From Rozella allomycis CSF55 (lineage: Eukaryota), in contig KE560903.1 of assembly GCA_000442015.1 (NCBI GenBank), positions 62,001 through 113,185 of the forward strand: DNA of 51,185 nucleotides, written 5' to 3'. The notes under the pieces were generated by a model, which searched no databases, was not told the DNA's origin, and was given only the letters and a program-made list of their open reading frames with translations. The number at the start of each line of letters is the position of its first letter. The stretch's first letter is position 1. Below, piece after piece: positions 24,433 to 36,793 of this stretch. Both the position numbers and the translations under genes were made by a program.

Positions 24433-27398
24433 TTATTCTAGTTTAAATTTTAGATCGTTTAAAGGCATAAGAAGGAGAGATAGCACATATAGTATGAATA
24501 AAAAGACGATGAATAATCCAGAGATAATAAATTGGCTGATAGAAGTACCGATTTCAAGCCAACTGCCACTGTCTCTCACCATGAAAAAGAATATTAAAGT
24601 CATTACATCGACTGAGCTTATCACAATTAGGAATAAGCAAAATGGAGGAAGAGACAACTTTTTTGAAATTAATGAGAGTATGGAAGATATTAAAAAGAAA
24701 GGAATAAGAATCTTAAAAGAGACTAGAGTGCCCATAATAAATGGATTAAATACAGTGGTTAGTCGGTATACAGCATTTAACTGAAAACTGCTAAGGCTAG
24801 CAATATTTCCTGTTCCAAAGAAAGCAACATTAATAAAGAATATGAAAAACCATGAAATACGTAAATCTTCAATTTTTAAGGCTCTATATGGGGTAGAAGA
24901 CGCCTTAGGTTTTTCATTTTGTAAGTATTCGATTTGCTCTTTTTCTATCAAATACCAACAAAATAACGCTATTGAGTACAAAGAATAGAACTGTGTTTCA
25001 TATGAAATGGTAAGTGTATGGTAAGGGGTTGCAAATGCTAAAAAGATTATTAATGTCCTGTCATAGTAATTTTCAATGCTTCTTCTATTCCAAAACAAGA
25101 GGGAAAGAGAAAAAACTTTTAAATATTTAAAAATTAATTACAAAATAGGCCCCAACTTAAATATTGGTTCAGCAAGGGAAGACCTGCTTTGGAACTTAAA
25201 TTCTGTATGGTATCAGATACAATGTAAGAATTTAAAATAAATACAATGATCTATCAATAGCAACATCTAACGTTTACTTGTATGATACAAAAAGGATTGT
25301 AATGATTGATAACTCTCTTGATATAAATGAGGCCTAACGCTGAAGTCAAAAGGATGCAAAGAACGCCAAAATTTCTATAAATATTTAAAAATAAAGTTAC
25401 AAATCAAAAACATTTTCAATTTTCACGACAGGCCTAAAGAATGACACAGCTAGTAAATTCAACGTGATAAACCATGAGACTGAAAGTAACATTGAAGATT
25501 TCTTGAGAAACGACCAAAATGATAAAATGAAGCATCCAAAAGCCAAATAGAAACGATCGTAATACGACCCAACCAAGAAAATTAAGCCTCCACAATAGAC
25601 AGACAAAGGCACTACAATTCCCTTAATTAAATTGAATCGCAACTGAATTCTGCTCTGAATTATCTTAAAGTAGAAGAAAATCGGGAAAGATGCATAAATG
25701 TAATACTGAATCGGCGAAGTTTTTAGCCAAAGAATCAAAAGCAATACACAAGATAAGAAGAGGCCGATAACTATCTATTTTAAATATTAATAAATTAATA
25801 ACCTTTAATGTCTTATTTTCTCCTTTGCCGTTCAAGTTCGGATTTCCGTAAAGCTCTAAAGTGGATAGCGTGGAATATATCATCCAACTAACATAACCAA
25901 ATGAAACAATTGTCCTGAGCAATATCCAATCATAAGTTTGAAAATACTTTAATCCTTCCAAAGACTTTTCAATGATATCGAGACTAATCTTGTTGCTTTC
26001 ATTGTATTTTCCAAATTCAATCAAAGTTTCTACATGCTTTTGAAATTTATTAGAATCTAAAGAAATTAAAGGCTTGAAGTCTTTGAAAAAGAAGTCGGTT
26101 TGATTCTTTGATTTCTTTTTCGTTTCAAATTGTAAAAATATTCCAATAGCGTTTGTCAATAAACTTAAACTCTTGAATTTTTCAGAAGAGTTTAGATAAG
26201 CAAATGGAATTTCTCCAACAGAGTTGACAGGAAATGGAATACCAATTAATGAAGCCTGCTAAAAGTCTTAACGTGCCATTACCATTAATGGAGCAACATC
26301 GGCTTGATTAATATCGTTGCGTTTAAATTTTGAGGCAGGCCAAGTCTTTGAATAATCTTCAAGAATTTTGTCCTCTAATGCTTTCACTGGAAAATTAATG
26401 CCCGCACCCCATGCAATAATTGGAGTTCGTGTATTATCCGGGTCTCCATCTCCATGACTTCCTATTTATAATCTTTGAAATCAAAATACCGAGATCGCTC
26501 ATTCCATGATCAGCAGTGAATATATATGCAGTTTTTCTATCATGATTGTAAAATTCGTTCAGTTTTGATTCCAACTCTTTTATCTTTTTGTCCACGTATT
26601 TAATATTCTTATAATAACTTTTTATCAAAATTCATTTAAAAATACCTCTCAGAGTGTGGACCATACGTATGACCGTTTGTGTCGAGACCAAGGAGATGTA
26701 GGAAGAATACAATCTGGTCTGAATGAAGCCTTTCATGCAAAATGTGGTCATTGGTGGCATTCTTGAGCAATTCATCAAACATATCAAATGAAAACTTATC
26801 CAATTCAATCGCGTCTATGTAAAATCTAACAACAATTAATACCCTTTGAAAAATCTTCAAAGTGACTGTCATACATGAATGTTTCAATTTTAGAAGTGTC
26901 TCTCGCGCCATGTTTAAACATTGGGAGTATATCTGGGCTTCCAAATGACCATGTATGTCTAGATTGATTAAAAACTGAATCAAATTCCACTGGATTCATT
27001 TTCCAGCCTTCTATTTTTGATTAATCTAGCCTACCTTTTGTAACAGAACTAACGTCTTCATAAAATCCAGCAATTATTGCAACATGTCCAGGCCTTGATT
27101 CTGTTGGAACTCTGGTGTGTGAAATTCCATATGTTGCATTATTTGCAATCAATGAATGCAAATATGGAGCCCTAAAATTTGACTCGAAGAGTTTATCAGC
27201 TCGTAATCCATCACCTGATATCAAGTCATAAAAGGATTTACCAACAATCAGCACAAGCCTTTTTGCTGGGGCGTCAGCTTCCACTCTGTGTGGAGTCATT
27301 CCATGAACAATTGGTGTTCGAAAATATATATCAAATATGGAAAATAAGTAAATACAATGAAATACCAACCCAATAAATAAAACTGTCAGTAATTGCAT
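24433..27398 (-). CDS. MCD4: GPI ethanolamine phosphate transferase 1 (PIG-N)
   Basis: [70 protein letters not shown]; about 10 tiny introns. Confidence 0.96.
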
Positions 27399-27556
27399 TT
27401 GGAAATTTTCACACTCTTGAATGCCTTCTTGGGAAACAGNCACTCTTGAATGCCTTCGAGGGAAACAGTAAAAAAAATTATCTATATTAATTCAATTTCA
27501 ATTATCAAAACTAAGAGAATTTTATTAGGTATTCATATAAATGGCATGAAAGTACT

Positions 27557-28224
27557 TTATCGTCTTTCATATTTCCTTTCACTTCTTTTTGGTGAAGTTT
27601 CTTTGCGTCTCTTATAATCTTTGTACTCATGATTATGTCTTTCATTGACTTCTTCCCTGTGTCTTCTGCGTGGTCGTGGTGATCTTGATCGTGACCTGGA
27701 TTTTCGCCTCGCCCGATGCCTGTCTTTGGGCGATTTAGACCGAGATCTATTTCTTAATTAAGTATAAATAGTGTTTTTACTTATCACCAGCCCCCAGGCT
27801 GCGTTGGGGTGCTTCATTGTTGATACTCGTTTCAGGAATTTGTACAGGAACAGGCATTCCCCTATAAATTAAGATATACAATCTCTTACAAACTCTTATA
27901 CATTAGTTCCATTTCTTTTTGTTTTAATGCTTGTATTTCCTTTTCTTTTAACAACTCTTGTTCGGTTTTTGATAGTTTCGCAGCCTTTTTTTCTTCTTCG
28001 CGGATGTCCTGTCTCTGTGATTTATCCTTCATCCACCAAGATAAGTCTTTGTTGTTTTGCCACCTCCCAACGGTAGCTTTGATTGAATTTCCAATGTAGT
28101 TTGTTCTGTGACCGTCTTCTTTTACCTTATCCCAATTAAATTGGTCCCGTCCACCTCTACATCCAGACCTTATGATATCAGCGTCTGGATCAGCCAACTC
28201 TTGGAGCCAATGAACTTTTGGCAT
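27557..28224 (-). CDS. MMTAG2/C1orf35-like protein with RS-rich tail
   Basis: RGGRDQFNWDKVK...NYIGNS..ATVGRWQ..KDL.W; two introns, then an RS-rich exon ending at 27557. Confidence 0.85.
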
Positions 28225-28354
28225 TTTTGTGGCTTATGCGTAAGCGCTTGACTAAAGTCTTTTGTTACGAACAAATGATTAGTCTGGCATAATTACATTT
28301 ATTAATAAAATGTACATTTTCTTTCTTGTTTTGGATATTCACGATTTTTACAAA

Positions 28355-30510
28355 ATGAGTAGGAGACAGACAAAGGGCAGGAAATCATTACTAGTGTCGA
28401 TACCATTGCCAAAATCATTAATTGTAGTTTTGAGTAAGCCTAGAATTACTCGTTCTTCTGCTAACATTATTAAAGCCGTTTCGACCACTCCTTCAGTAAG
28501 CGAATATAGTAGTCAAGAAAAACAGAAAACAGATGAAAAGATCAGTTATGATCAAAAAATCACAAATAAAATATTTGAAAGCATCGAAAGAAAATACAAC
28601 AAACAGGTCAAAGAAAGATTGATTGAAAATAACATACCCGTGAATGAAAACTACTCTTACAAGCTATATGGAGACAAAATTGAATGGAACTTTCTTCACT
28701 GTGCTTCATTTTTCGGGAATAATGAGATTGTAACAATGTTATTAGAAGAAATGGGAGCAGATGTGGAGATGAAAGATTCAACACATCAGGGTGCAGCCCT
28801 TTCATGGTCCGTTTTCGGAAATCAGATTGAAACATCGAAAATTTTGATTCAAAAATATAATGCTTCATTGGATTCCAAGAATATTCATGGTCAAACACCA
28901 GCAGACATTGTTGTAGATAGAGAAAGAAAAGAATGGTATTCTTCATAATATTGGGTTATAAGGCGTGAACTGTTTCCTTCTTTAACTGAAGAAGAAATGA
29001 GATTGCAGGCACATTTGTCAGCAGATCAAAAAATCATGCTTCAAATTTGGAATATTCTCGTTGGAATGAAAGACAAACAGTAGGTTATAATTTAATAGAT
29101 AACTTAAGAGGTCGATTGTATTGTGAATTGTTTATGGATTTGCCATCCAGGAAACATTATCCTGATTACTATGATATAATTAAGGAGCCTATTTGCCTAA
29201 ATGAAATAAAAGAAAAAATTATGAATTGTGAATTTGAAACATTTGGGCAATTTAGTGAGAAAGTAATGCAGATGTTTGAAAATGCAACAATATATAATGA
29301 TTCTTCATCAATTGTTCACAAAAATGCCCTGAACCTTCAAGTATTTATTAATTTTTAACTTTGAAAGAATGTGTTTATTTTAGAGATGAGAGAAAGAGCC
29401 AATTACTTTGCAAAAAGAAAAGAAGACCAGGACAAACAATTCTTTNAAAAAGAAAAGAAGACAAGGACAAACAATTCTTTCATTCATATCAAATTAACGA
29501 TAAGATAACTATTTATCCATCTGATTTTGTTTTGATCTCGCATCCTAATTATTCAAACAATGTTATTTTAATGATAGAAACAATCTTTGAACGAAATGAA
29601 TCCACATTCGTTACAGGGGGTTTATTTTTATTTCCGGAACATTTGCATCATTCATCATCCAAAAGCTTCTATGATAGAGAAGTTTTCAAGTCTAATACAG
29701 TTGTAGAAGTTCCAATATTGTCAATTTCACATAAAGTTTGCGTCCTTTTCTATCCTGATTATATTTATGGTATTGAAATTATAAAAAGATTATAAAGGTC
29801 TTCCTCAAGGGTTTTCCAGTGACCTTGTTTACCTTTGTGAATCCAAATACGCAGAATCAAGCAGAAATGTTTCATCGNCAGAATCAAGCAGAAATATTTC
29901 ATCGATTAGAGATTGGTCTAAAATTACAAGAAAAAGCCATCTTTTGATTCCACATGATGTTCCTTTAGTGTTAGAAAGATCTTTAACTGTTAAAGGCGAG
30001 AAGGTTGAAAGTTCAGAGAACACTCCCGCCAAAAGGAAAAAAATGAGCTTTAAACAAATGTTCGACGATGGAATTGATGAAGAAAAAGAAATTGAAAGTA
30101 AGAAACTAAAAGGAAGTCGAAACTCAATAACCCCTTACGCACCACGTTTAAGTACTGCCCCTGTAGTCCATCAATATTCTGTAGCTGAAGTGACTCATGA
30201 ATGCCATTTGAATAGTATCGTTTTGGGCTTACGAAATGGTAATAAAACTATCGATCTCAGTTCCATATCCAAATCTATAATGGTTAGGTCGGGTGAGGTG
30301 TCAGTTGCAGTAGAAGCAGAAGAAATTGGTCAACGTGCATGGAATGTTTTAGTTTATCAAAACATGAAGAGATGCTATCCTTCAGAGAATGGTGATTTCA
30401 CGATGAGACTAAATATGGGAATGAACACCGTCGAATTCTTCACTTGCCTTGCAGGGATCGGCAAACAGAAAATGACCTTATCGCAGCGACTCTTTCTCGT
30501 AAGAATTTAA
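28355..30510 (+). CDS. Ankyrin-bromodomain-BAH chromatin protein (RSC1/2/polybromo-related)
   Basis: ANK (NFLHCASFFGNNEIVTMLL, GQTPAD), bromodomain (FMDLPSRKHYPDYYDIIKEPI...NATIYN), BAH (FYDREVFKS, VYLCESKY). Frame is restored by tiny introns and by collapsing N29446 and N29878. Confidence 0.8.
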
Positions 30511-30591
30511 GAAAAAATATTTAATGAAAATACCATCAATAAATGTCACTAATTTTGAAAATGTAAATATTGATTTTAGATAATTAAGCCG

Positions 30592-32872
30592 ATGAGCAGG
30601 CGTTCTAGCAATCGTGATTTGTCAAACTCTAATACTTCTAGTAGGAGAACCATTCCTATTAGCTATGCTCCAAACAACCAACGCTCACATTTGGTAGTGT
30701 CATTACCTCGTCGATTTCAAAGAGCAAGCAGACGCGCACCAACATCTGTAGAAGAACCAAATACACCTTCCAATCAATCAAATAATGAAAATATTAATGA
30801 AAGTGATTCTCAGATTGATAAAACAGTGGCTGAGCGAAAGATGTCCTTTCCAATAGAAAGTTTTTCTCCGAATATTGATTTTGATGTTTTAGGTAAATGC
30901 ATTATCATTTCGTTATAAAGATTCATGGGTAATGGAATACGTCAATTATTATCGTCCATCAAATCAGGATATGGCTCAAAATGATATTAATGTACAGAAA
31001 AAGGAATTATTAGTAAAATTTTATGTCAATATTCAAAGGGAATCCAAAGATGTATTAATGATGGCGATATTGTGTCCGCTTTGCAATCTATTGAGAGATT
31101 CTTTCCGTCAGTACTAAAGTATAACCAACTGCATTCAAAGCTATTGCAACAAAAGGTAATGCGAATGTAGAGTCTTATAAATAGTTTTTAGAAGCAATCA
31201 GAACATTTGGTTGTGATAAAGGGCTTGAGATTTTGAAGACTGTCCCAAAGGAAATGCTGCAAACATCAACTGAATGGAAGAGATGTATGCTAGCGCTTGT
31301 TTTTCCACCAGAAAATGATCCTGATACGACTTCTATTTGGTAATGGATCGTTTTTAGTAAAATACAGGTCTCTTCATCGGAGAAGGACTCTGTCAATGAA
31401 TTTAGCTCAAGCAGTTTTCCAATCGCAAGGATACGACGAACCAAAATTCTCATTGGCGTTAAAGTAACCAAATACATTTTTATATATTGATATTTAAATA
31501 TATGCCATTCTACATGTTTCGCAACGTCTGACAAGTCATCGCCCATCGAATCATTGACTGAAAATTTTGTACTTTCAACACAAAGAGAAAGTCTTAATGA
31601 TATACCAGATGATGCCAATTTACTTTGCACAAGAAAGGATATTCAGGACTTGGCAATATCCACAGGGTTTTCTGACGTTGAAGCGCGTGCTGCGTTAGTA
31701 TTACACAAGGGTGATCAACAGAAATCTTTTAAACATTTACTATCCAATATAGTTTTCAACATAGACTATGTTTTAAGCTTTATCGATGAGTATGGAAATA
31801 TAAGTGGTAAAATAGGTATGCTGATTGGCGGGGTCTTAGAATATCAGATTCCATGGAGCTAACTCAGGTTTCAGAAATCAGGTAATTATTATTTCATTAT
31901 TAATAAACAGCAAATTGAAAAGCTCTTTCCATAAGATTTTGACATCTGTGCATCCAGACGTTGGAATAATAAACAAATTGATGAACAAGATATCAAAGCA
32001 ATCTCCATCTTTGATAAAACCAGATATTGTATTTTGTCTACAAGCTTACACGTTCATTCAGTACCTACATAAAGGAGACGTGCCATCCGCTTTGTCTTTT
32101 CTAAGGGACTCATTAAGTAATTGAAAGCCATATTTGTGATTAAGCGCCTTTGGCCAATAATGATGAATCTTTAACGCCTATACTAAAAAAGCTTAGCACT
32201 GCTTGTATCATTTATAAAAAGGAAGACTTACTAAACTTTTATTCAAGCGTAACAGATAATATATTGGATTTATTAGCTTGGAGTAAAGGAAAGAATTGAT
32301 GATTTGTTTTCTTCTATTAATGGATTTACCGAACCTACGCTGATTTCAATACTCAAGTGGTTGTTGAAAACCCATCAGTATCTGAATCAGGGACAGATTG
32401 ATCAGTAATTGTTTAAGATAAAAATAATAGATATGGTGAATTGTTACATATTTCCAGATTAAATAAAAGTCTAGGGAAAGTGCCAATGTTTACTAAATCT
32501 GAAGAATCCTCAAGTGAAAGAGATGACATGGCGATGCCGATTTCAGAGCCACCTTCATCTTTGAATTTCAACGCACTTGAACGACAAGTTGAGGCAACAA
32601 TCCAGGCCAGAAGAAGTTTACTGTTTAGCAATAGGGAAACAGTTCCTTTATTAGGAAATGAAAATGATTCGCTTGATTTAGATGAAGATCAGATGAATGA
32701 GAGAATTCCGGATCCTAGTGAAACATCAGGAACAAATACAAATGTTGAAATTTCTGACGAGGCGATTGAAACTTTGATCGATATGATGGCGTTAACTAGA
32801 AGTGAAGCAAGAGCTTTATTGATCAGACACAATGGTTCTCTAGGAGAAGTCCTAAATATTCTATTCAACTAA
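30592..32872 (+). CDS. Protein with two LisH/CTLH/CRA-like modules and two UBA-like domains
   Basis: GDIVSALQSIERFFPSVL...LLQQKFLE; FCLQAYTFIQYL..GDVPSAL.FLR; UBA-like GFSDVEARAAL and C-terminal DEAIETLIDMMALTRSEARALL..HNG; about 10 introns. Confidence 0.7.
31464..31489 (+). other. Putative non-canonical GT-TG intron (26 nt)
   Basis: gtaaccaaatacatttttatatattg. Removal gives EPKFSLALKYLNICH, collinear with the gene's second module EPTLISILKWLLKTH. No in-frame AG nearby. Confidence 0.6.
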
Positions 32873-32974
32873 AAAAATAAGAATTTCAATAAAGAGAAAT
32901 TTTAATCTATTATGTTTTAATTATTTTTTTGTTTTTTATTTTTATTTTCTGATTTTTTTTACATTTTTTGTTTT

Positions 32975-34098
32975 TTACAAAAGATCATCAATCACCTCGT
33001 AATCTGAACCCAAATCTGAGACATAATCTCCTGTTATTTGGTTTTGATCTTCTTCTAGTATAGTTGGTTTAGGGTGTTGAAAAGGACAATTAGGTCTTGC
33101 GCATTGAGAGCTAAATCTGCACTAACAATAAATTTAGATTAATAAACTTACAGGAATAAGCGCGCGTTCAGGTAGAAGCATTGAGCTAAGGCTTTTAATC
33201 TGAGTTGTAGTTTTTTGTGGATGTGTAAATTTGCAGTCAGGTCTTGTGCACTGTAAACCGAATCGGCAAGGAATGTCATAATTGTGCAAAAATGGACATG
33301 CTGAATTCGTGCAGTTGGGGAAATAGCGACACGGTGTTTGTTTAGCCGTGGTAACTGCCTTTTCTATGTCTTCGGGATTCAAATGCTTAAAGTTGCAAAT
33401 AGTCTCTGAGCAAGAGTCTGGAAATCTGCATGGAATTTCTGGGTGCTTTTCACTACATTGATCACCTTTCTCACATTTAGGATAATTTCTACATTTATTC
33501 AACCATAAATTAATTACTTGCAAACATCTTTAGGATGTACATAAATACATTGCTCTCCATTCTTACAAAAGGGCCAAAACATACAGGCCACCTCAGTCTT
33601 TGTAACTTCTATCTCTTTCACTTTGACATTTTTCTGCCTGTCATTAGATGATCTTCTCTTCTTTCTACTTTCCCTCTCTCTGTCTCTAGACACACTTCTT
33701 GATTGATTGCGATCTCTGTGAGACCTTCGTCTTCTTGGAGAGTAACTTCGCCTTCTACGCTCTCTAGAGGAATGTCTTGATCTGTTTGCACTTCTATCGC
33801 GCTTTGATGTTCGTCGCCTTTCGTGTGCTTCACTTTGAATAATTTTCAAAACTTCCTCTCTTACATTTCTCTGTCTCACGGGATCCTTCAAAGTTCTATC
33901 ACGAACCTTTTCATTGTCTACATCCATTTTTTCATTGCCCTCAAGAAGCATCGGTTCGGATTTCTCTTTTGGAACTTCCTCATTTTGGCTCTTAGTTCTC
34001 TCCAAGGCTTTAACAAATAATCTTGAAGCTGAAACATCAAGTTTTCTATCATTTGTTGTCGAACTACTAGCCTTATAAGCTACACTCTTGATCGACAT
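32975..34098 (-). CDS. NAB2: Nab2/ZC3H14-like tandem CCCH zinc-finger poly(A)-RNA-binding protein with RS-rich region
   Basis: CMFWPFCKNGEQCIYVHP, CRYFPNCTNSACPFLH, CRFGLQCTRPDCKFTHP; two introns. Confidence 0.75.
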
Positions 34099-35441
34099 AA
34101 AGTTTCAGAATTTCCTGAAATGTCCAGCCAGGGTGATGTCCGTTCTCTACATTGACAAATCATTATCATCGACCGTGAATAATAAACAAACACATAGAAA
34201 AACACGGGACATCAAAAAAGGCCTTCTCCTGTTGCGACGCTGCTCAACTCATTCTCTTCCAACCTCTGTTGACGATTTAAGAGAAATTCTTCGGAAACCA
34301 ATACGTACTTGCCTCAAAAGTAGGACAACAAGGAAACACATGGGACTAATACTATCGCAAAAAAATCCGTGAGCAGCATCTGGATACTTTACCTATTCTC
34401 TCTTTTCTCTAATCACAATGGGACTTATTGAAATCTCTTAATGAGGATACTACTCAAGGAATTCACGACGCCAAATTGCCGGCTAGCTACAGGAGGTCAT
34501 ATGTCATTATTTCCACATTCAAAATATAAAGCGAAGGATTATGATTTATGTGAATAACTTAAAAAGTATAGCGATTGTATTGGAGGAAGATGAGCTGATT
34601 GTAATCGATGGATCGGACCTTTTAGAAAGCTGAGTCGCCTGACAAGGACATAAAATTTATCCGATCCAATCCAATCAATAAACAGTTTACCACTTGATTG
34701 GAAATTCAATTAGATTCTTCTTTGAATGTAGATTTCAAAACGTTTTAATTGTGGTGGCATCAACTTTTGAAATGACAAGAACTCAATTACTTCTAGTTCG
34801 TCTTTAATACCTCTTCTACTGACACTGACATGTTTTCATTTTTCTATTTCCTCGATAAAATTTTGAACTCTTTTTTATCCTTTATCGTTGCTTTCAGTGT
34901 CTGTGCTCCTCCGCAATTTTCCTTTGGTCATCTTAAGTTCTCTTGAACAGCATTGATTTTTGCATCCAGAGTATTTTTCTCATCTCATTCCTATATTTTA
35001 GATGTTCGCAATAATGTGATCCACCTCAACTCCCAAGGATGAACAGTTTACTATATTCATTGGCGCCGAGTCGTCGACTTTCAAGAAGACACTTTAAATC
35101 GTTTCTAAGGCTTTGAGCGCTCGGCATATTCTTGTAAATCAATTTATAACAACTGCAGTTGAATATCAACAACAGCCAACAGATTCAGAAACATCTGCCT
35201 TAATAAATTAATGACGACATGCCCAAAATATATGCATAAATATTTTGTCCATACCGCAATTTTTTGATCTGCGAGTGGTTGAAAACTTGAAACTCCCTCA
35301 AAGGTAGGTTAATTTTGTCCAAACCGACGCATGAAGGCATTAGGTAGGTTCAAGGAGAACATAACATGAAGTATCCCATTCACTGAAAAAAGGTATTAAA
35401 TATTGGTTTCGTTATGTTTGCAAGTCATTTTTATTTATGAA

Positions 35442-35596
35442 TTATTTGTTTCTTTGGCGTCTTTCACGGCGTTTTCTCTTTAATCTGCGTTGACGTTTCT
35501 TCTTCCACTTATCTCTCACTAATGTTAGGCCTGAACAATATTATAAATATATAAATTGAAAGAATAAAGAAGAAACCTAGTTATATCCCACATACT
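35442..35596 (-). CDS. RPL41: Ribosomal protein eL41 (25 aa); start codon split by a 77-nt intron
   Basis: A(35596)|TG(35518-35517) gives MRDKWKKKRQRRLKRKRRERRQRNK*. Intron 35519-35595 has GTATGT...CCTAAC..TAG. Not in the ORF track. Confidence 0.9.
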
Positions 35597-35682
35597 TTTT
35601 GTGTTGAGTTAGGACACTTACCCTTGCAATAAATGTTTTTCTTTTTGTGTTTCCATTCAGGAAATTTCTCAAAGCGATTACG

Positions 35683-36787
35683 ATGAGTAAAATTATGAAT
35701 GGAAAGATGCTCTCAGAGTAATGAAAAAAATGATTCAATTACAAGAAAATTAATTGTTGAGCTGAAAGATGGTATTAATTACTTGAAAAAATCGACTGGA
35801 ATTGTACCTAGGCTAGCGGTATTACAAGTTGGAGACAGGGAAGATTCCAATCTATATATAAAGATGAAGGAGAATATGGCTAAAAAAGTAATTGCCGAAG
35901 CGATGTTTGTTAGATCGGTGTCGAAATTTCTAAATACAAATTTAACGAAGATGTCCATCAAAGAAAAATTTTCTCTCTAATTAATTCATTGAATTTGGAT
36001 CCGAACATTCATGGGATTATTGTACAACTTCCTTTACCAAATGGATTTTCAGAGTTTGAGTTGACTGAAGCGATTGATTGCATAAAAGATGTTGATGGGT
36101 AATTAAATCATATAATAATTACCAGGAAAGTTTTCATTCAAGCAATTTAACCAGAATCACCAAAAATTGCGTTTTTAACCCACCCTGTACACCCAGCGGG
36201 ATAATTAGGTTGCTTTCCGAGTACAGTAACCCATATATTTTAGCATCATATGTAAGATATAGATCTAGAAGGTAAACTCGTTACAATTGTTGGGCGATCG
36301 TCTGTTGTCGGTATTCCCTTATTTCATATGCTAAGTAACTTAAACGCGACTGTTACTTTGTGCCATTCAAAAACCAGAGATTTAGAATCAATGGTAAATT
36401 TTCCACATAAAAAATTAAAAAGGTTAAAATGGCTGATATTGTAATATCTGCTGTTGGAAAACCGGCTTTGATAAAAGGACACTGGATAAAGCCCGGGGCG
36501 ATCGTTGTAGACGTTGGAATCAGCTATGTAGACGGTATATTACAAAATGCAAGGTTAAAAGATTCATCAAAGAAGTCAGGGAAGAGAATTGTAGGTGATG
36601 TGGACTTTGAAAATGCTTTGAAGAATGTATCCTTAATTACTCCTGTTCCTGGAGGTGTTGGTAATCATTAAATGTTCATATTGTTAAAGGTCCAATGACT
36701 GTAGTCATGCTAATGAAGAATACTGTGGATGCAGCCAAAAGACTTGCTATTGGAGATGTGGATCTACTTCGAAATAAAAATGCTTAA
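35683..36787 (+). CDS. Stand-alone methylenetetrahydrofolate dehydrogenase/cyclohydrolase (FolD-like)
   Basis: [62 protein letters not shown]; 7 tiny introns. Confidence 0.92.
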
Positions 36788-36793
36788 TATCAT

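Noticed and set aside
13590-29905. Programmed frameshifts or target-site duplications at the short direct repeats
   Set aside because: Every case is centred on a single N, and collapsing restores the reading frame: assembly joins.
34383-34396. U1 snRNA 5' end-like ATACTTTACCT
   Set aside because: Extra T and no U1 stem-loops or Sm site downstream.
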